Source: Oligoflexales bacterium (GTDB lineage Bacteria; Bdellovibrionota_B; Oligoflexia; Oligoflexales; Bog-1112). Taken from it: a stretch of 10,239 bases of DNA. The stretch spans positions 1-10,239 of the forward strand of contig JBGCDR010000122.1 of assembly GCA_045105515.1 (NCBI GenBank). The letters run 5' to 3'. The notes beneath the pieces are model-generated. The model saw nothing but the letters and a program-made list of their open reading frames with translations, did no database searches and had not been told where the DNA came from. Every line of letters begins with the position of its first letter. The first letter of the stretch is position 1. Position numbers and translations under genes: made by a program. Shown here piece by piece: positions 7,836-10,239 of the stretch.

Positions 7836-8636
7836 CTAAAAATCATCCAATGATTCCATAATCATACTTTGAGAATTTTCATAGCGGCTACAGAAGATCT
7901 GTTTAGAAAGGTAAACATGATTATCCACGAAGGCTAAATGCTTTAAGCACCTGCCTTTGTAACTTAGATTTCGAGACACTTCCTCAAAGGAACATTCAAG
8001 CTCTTCAGAGCTAATTATTTCTATACAGCCACTTTGATATACAAACTTCACATAATGCTTAGACTGATCAGCAACCCTGGGCCTAACTATATATACTCCT
8101 TCTATATATTCGGCAGGTATCTCATGGATAAGTACAACCTCATAATCATCGCGCAAGCCCATAAGCTTTTCAATATCAAAAGCCTCACGCGTTTTAGGAG
8201 GGATTCTTATTTTAAACACCACTCCATTTTCTTTATCGGTATATAAAAACTTAGATTCTCCATTAGCATCCAATTTTCTTTCACTTTTAGATGCTGAATT
8301 TGGAAAATCATAAGATGTGGAGATAGTTTCTGGTGTTGACCTGACGCTAGGACAAACACCCGCATGCATCTTGGGGTCAAAGCGAGTTATGTCCAATAAA
8401 TTTTGCTTCACCAATCTTCTATTTTTTACAAACCAAAAAACTGCGGGAGAAAACAAGCCATTTGTTAAGATATCGAAAATAAATCTCTTCTTTTCTCTCA
8501 CATTGTCACAACTAGTCCTCAATCCTCGGTAAAGAACCACATCAGATACCACAGCATTTGCATACTTTTCAGCTAATACTCGCCGGTACTCATTTGCATG
8601 AGCCTTCATTCTGGTTATTTCATACCCTACAAGCAT
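7836..8636 (-). CDS. Putative R-S-E class ADP-ribosyltransferase (enterotoxin A/pertussis S1/scabin-like fold)
   Basis: 266 aa ORF with ordered motifs VLYRG (R37), ILTNGL, H91, ISTS (S106-T-S108), GVVFKI and DYEVV (E166)...IPAEYIEG. The start codon is uncertain because there is no clear RBS. Confidence 0.65.
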   Translation of the reverse strand: MLVGYEITRMKAHANEYRRVLAEKYANAVVSDVVLYRGLRTSCDNVREKKRFIFDILTNGLFSPAVFWFVKNRRLVKQNLLDITRFDPKMHAGVCPSVRSTPETISTSYDFPNSASKSERKLDANGESKFLYTDKENGVVFKIRIPPKTREAFDIEKLMGLRDDYEVVLIHEIPAEYIEGVYIVRPRVADQSKHYVKFVYQSGCIEIISSEELECSFEEVSRNLSYKGRCLKHLAFVDNHVYLSKQIFCSRYENSQSMIMESLDDF

Positions 8637-8844
8637 AAAAACGAGGATGTTGCAGTAATCAGCTTACTCGTCTAAGTTGCCGAGCAAGTAGCTAATATTT
8701 TGTTATCAATTTTTTGGTTTAAAACTATTGTAACATTTGAGAGCTATTTAAAGCCATTATCTGGCTCGGCAAGCCCCATTTAAAAATAAATTACAAAAAA
8801 TAATATGAACATACCCAAGCAAGAGAAGGCATGATGGGGGCAGC

Positions 8845-9378
8845 TTATTTAAGCCGCAAGGTCATGATAGCATCGTTGATGCTATGTCCATTAACCCGGA
8901 AAAGATCCTGCACAATACCGACTTTGCCGAACCCCATTTTTTCATAGAGTTTAATTGCTGGCAAATTGTGTTCGAAAACATAAAGCTCAACCCACTCAAT
9001 AATTGCCTGTGTTTTAAGCCAAGCGAAAGCCTCGCTTATCAACTTCTCGCCAAAGCCCCTACCGCGAACTGCAGGCTCAATTCCCATTCCAAGGCGACAA
9101 CGATGCCTACTGCTACGATAGGGGGAGCCCTTTAAGTAAAGATGACCACTAATTCCATCTTCAGCGTCCTTAAGAACCCAAAACCTCGCCCATGAGACCT
9201 CGCCAACTTCTCGCATCATCCCTGACTCAATATCAGCCTTTAGCTGGGAAACCAAAGGCAGGTCTTTAAGCTCTAAAATACTATATTCAATGCCTTGATG
9301 CCCTGAAAGCCGTGAATTGCGGTCTATATGCATTGCCAGTATTCTGCTATCTACGACAACTAAAGGTCTGACTTCCAT
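8845..9378 (-). CDS. GNAT family N-acetyltransferase
   Basis: AGGAG RBS (9386-9390). Acetyl-CoA binding motif LGMGIEPAVRGRGFGEKLI and motif B ELYVFEHNLPAIKLYEKMGF, of the RimJ/RimL/YhhY-like type. Confidence 0.92.
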   Translation of the reverse strand: MEVRPLVVVDSRILAMHIDRNSRLSGHQGIEYSILELKDLPLVSQLKADIESGMMREVGEVSWARFWVLKDAEDGISGHLYLKGSPYRSSRHRCRLGMGIEPAVRGRGFGEKLISEAFAWLKTQAIIEWVELYVFEHNLPAIKLYEKMGFGKVGIVQDLFRVNGHSINDAIMTLRLK

Positions 9379-9420
9379 CTAACGGCTCCTTTCTATCTAG
9401 CACTTATCAGCAAGCGATCA

Positions 9421-10239
9421 CTAGGCAGAAATAATTGCTCCTATAAAAACACAAGAGGATAATCCACTTAAGAAACTGAGTGCCTGCCACCTTAAAAATA
9501 TATTTCCTCTTTGATGATAATAACTATTTGCTGATTCAATTGCCTGATCACGATAGCTTACTTCTTTAATGATATTCTGCTGCAACAAGCCTGGAAATAA
9601 ATTGCACTCGATTAATAAAGGCCCTTGCTCAGTAATTGCTACATCCCATGCTATTAAAAAAAACTCATGAGCAATAGACAAATGGGCTTCTTTACATAAC
9701 TGAGTTGCTTCTTGATAAAAAGGAACTTTAAACCCAGACAAATCAATCTTTTCATCAAAAACCAAACCCTCATCGGCAGAGCCTATATAATAGGCGCCTT
9801 TGAGTATAAGACCCCTTTGAGATAGGATTAAGTTGTATCCTCCAGTCGATGTATTAGAATTTATACTTCCCTCTTGACCAGTTTTGAGCTCTCCTGCCCA
9901 AAATAAATCTATGCTGCCACATTTTTTCTTAATCGTAACCAATCTTACTGAGGCAAGGCATGGAGATATTTTATCTAATTCACGATGATTGTTAATGATA
10001 GGTTGGACAAGATAATCATCCGATAGCTTAGAAAAATTATCTAACCAAGCTTGACTCACCGTAACTATGTAATGACCATCACCATTGCCACCCCATTTCA
10101 GGGCTGATTCAAATAAGATTTTTTCCAATTTTTCATTAAATAGGTCAGAAAAATTCTAAGCCGCAATACCAAAAGTGACTAGATAAAAAAAATATAGGAA
10201 GAAAAAACTTAAAAAAAATGGCTCACTTTTATTAAAAAA
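9421..10239 (-). pseudogene. Sugar-transfer-associated ATP-grasp family gene, probably disrupted or 5'-truncated (intact ORF part 9421-10128)
   Basis: ATP-grasp motifs YLVQPIINNH, SVRLVT, SNTSTGG and IAWDVAITEQGPLLIECNLFPG. The ORF starts at a TTG without an RBS, in what looks like mid-domain. The same frame has a TAG at 10156-10158 and is open again to the window end. The family call is firmer than the pseudogene call. Confidence 0.55.

Noticed and set aside
8034..9135. Short plus-strand ORFs (8034-8246, 8317-8532, 8884-9135) as antitoxins
   Set aside because: They lie fully antisense within larger genes, with no motif support.
6684..10128. Integron cassette array (four co-oriented genes)
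   Set aside because: No convincing attC sites (RYYYAAC...GTTRRRY with paired arms) seen in the spacers and no integrase in the window.
10156..10158. TAG recoding (alternative genetic code or pyrrolysine)
   Set aside because: TAG serves as a normal stop for other genes in the window (2750-2752, 7836-7838, 9421-9423).

Overview
AT-rich bacterial chromosomal window; the gene content is suggestive of a Bdellovibrionota/Oligoflexia- or Myxococcota-like organism (inference only). From left to right: the left end of a probable IS30-family insertion sequence running out of the window; a two-gene operon of a two-CxxCH cytochrome c lipoprotein and a Tat-exported DUF1501-like protein; a secreted hypothetical protein; a signal-peptide-bearing C1B cysteine peptidase (PepC/bleomycin hydrolase family); a cluster of REP-like palindromic repeats; and four minus-strand genes encoding an MthK-like K+ channel, an unannotated protein with the R-S-E motifs of cholera/pertussis-type ADP-ribosyltransferases, a GNAT acetyltransferase, and an apparently disrupted ATP-grasp gene. 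The best leads are the orphan ADP-ribosyltransferase-like gene and the cytochrome c/Tat-protein pair. All family calls come from reading motifs by eye; no searches were run.
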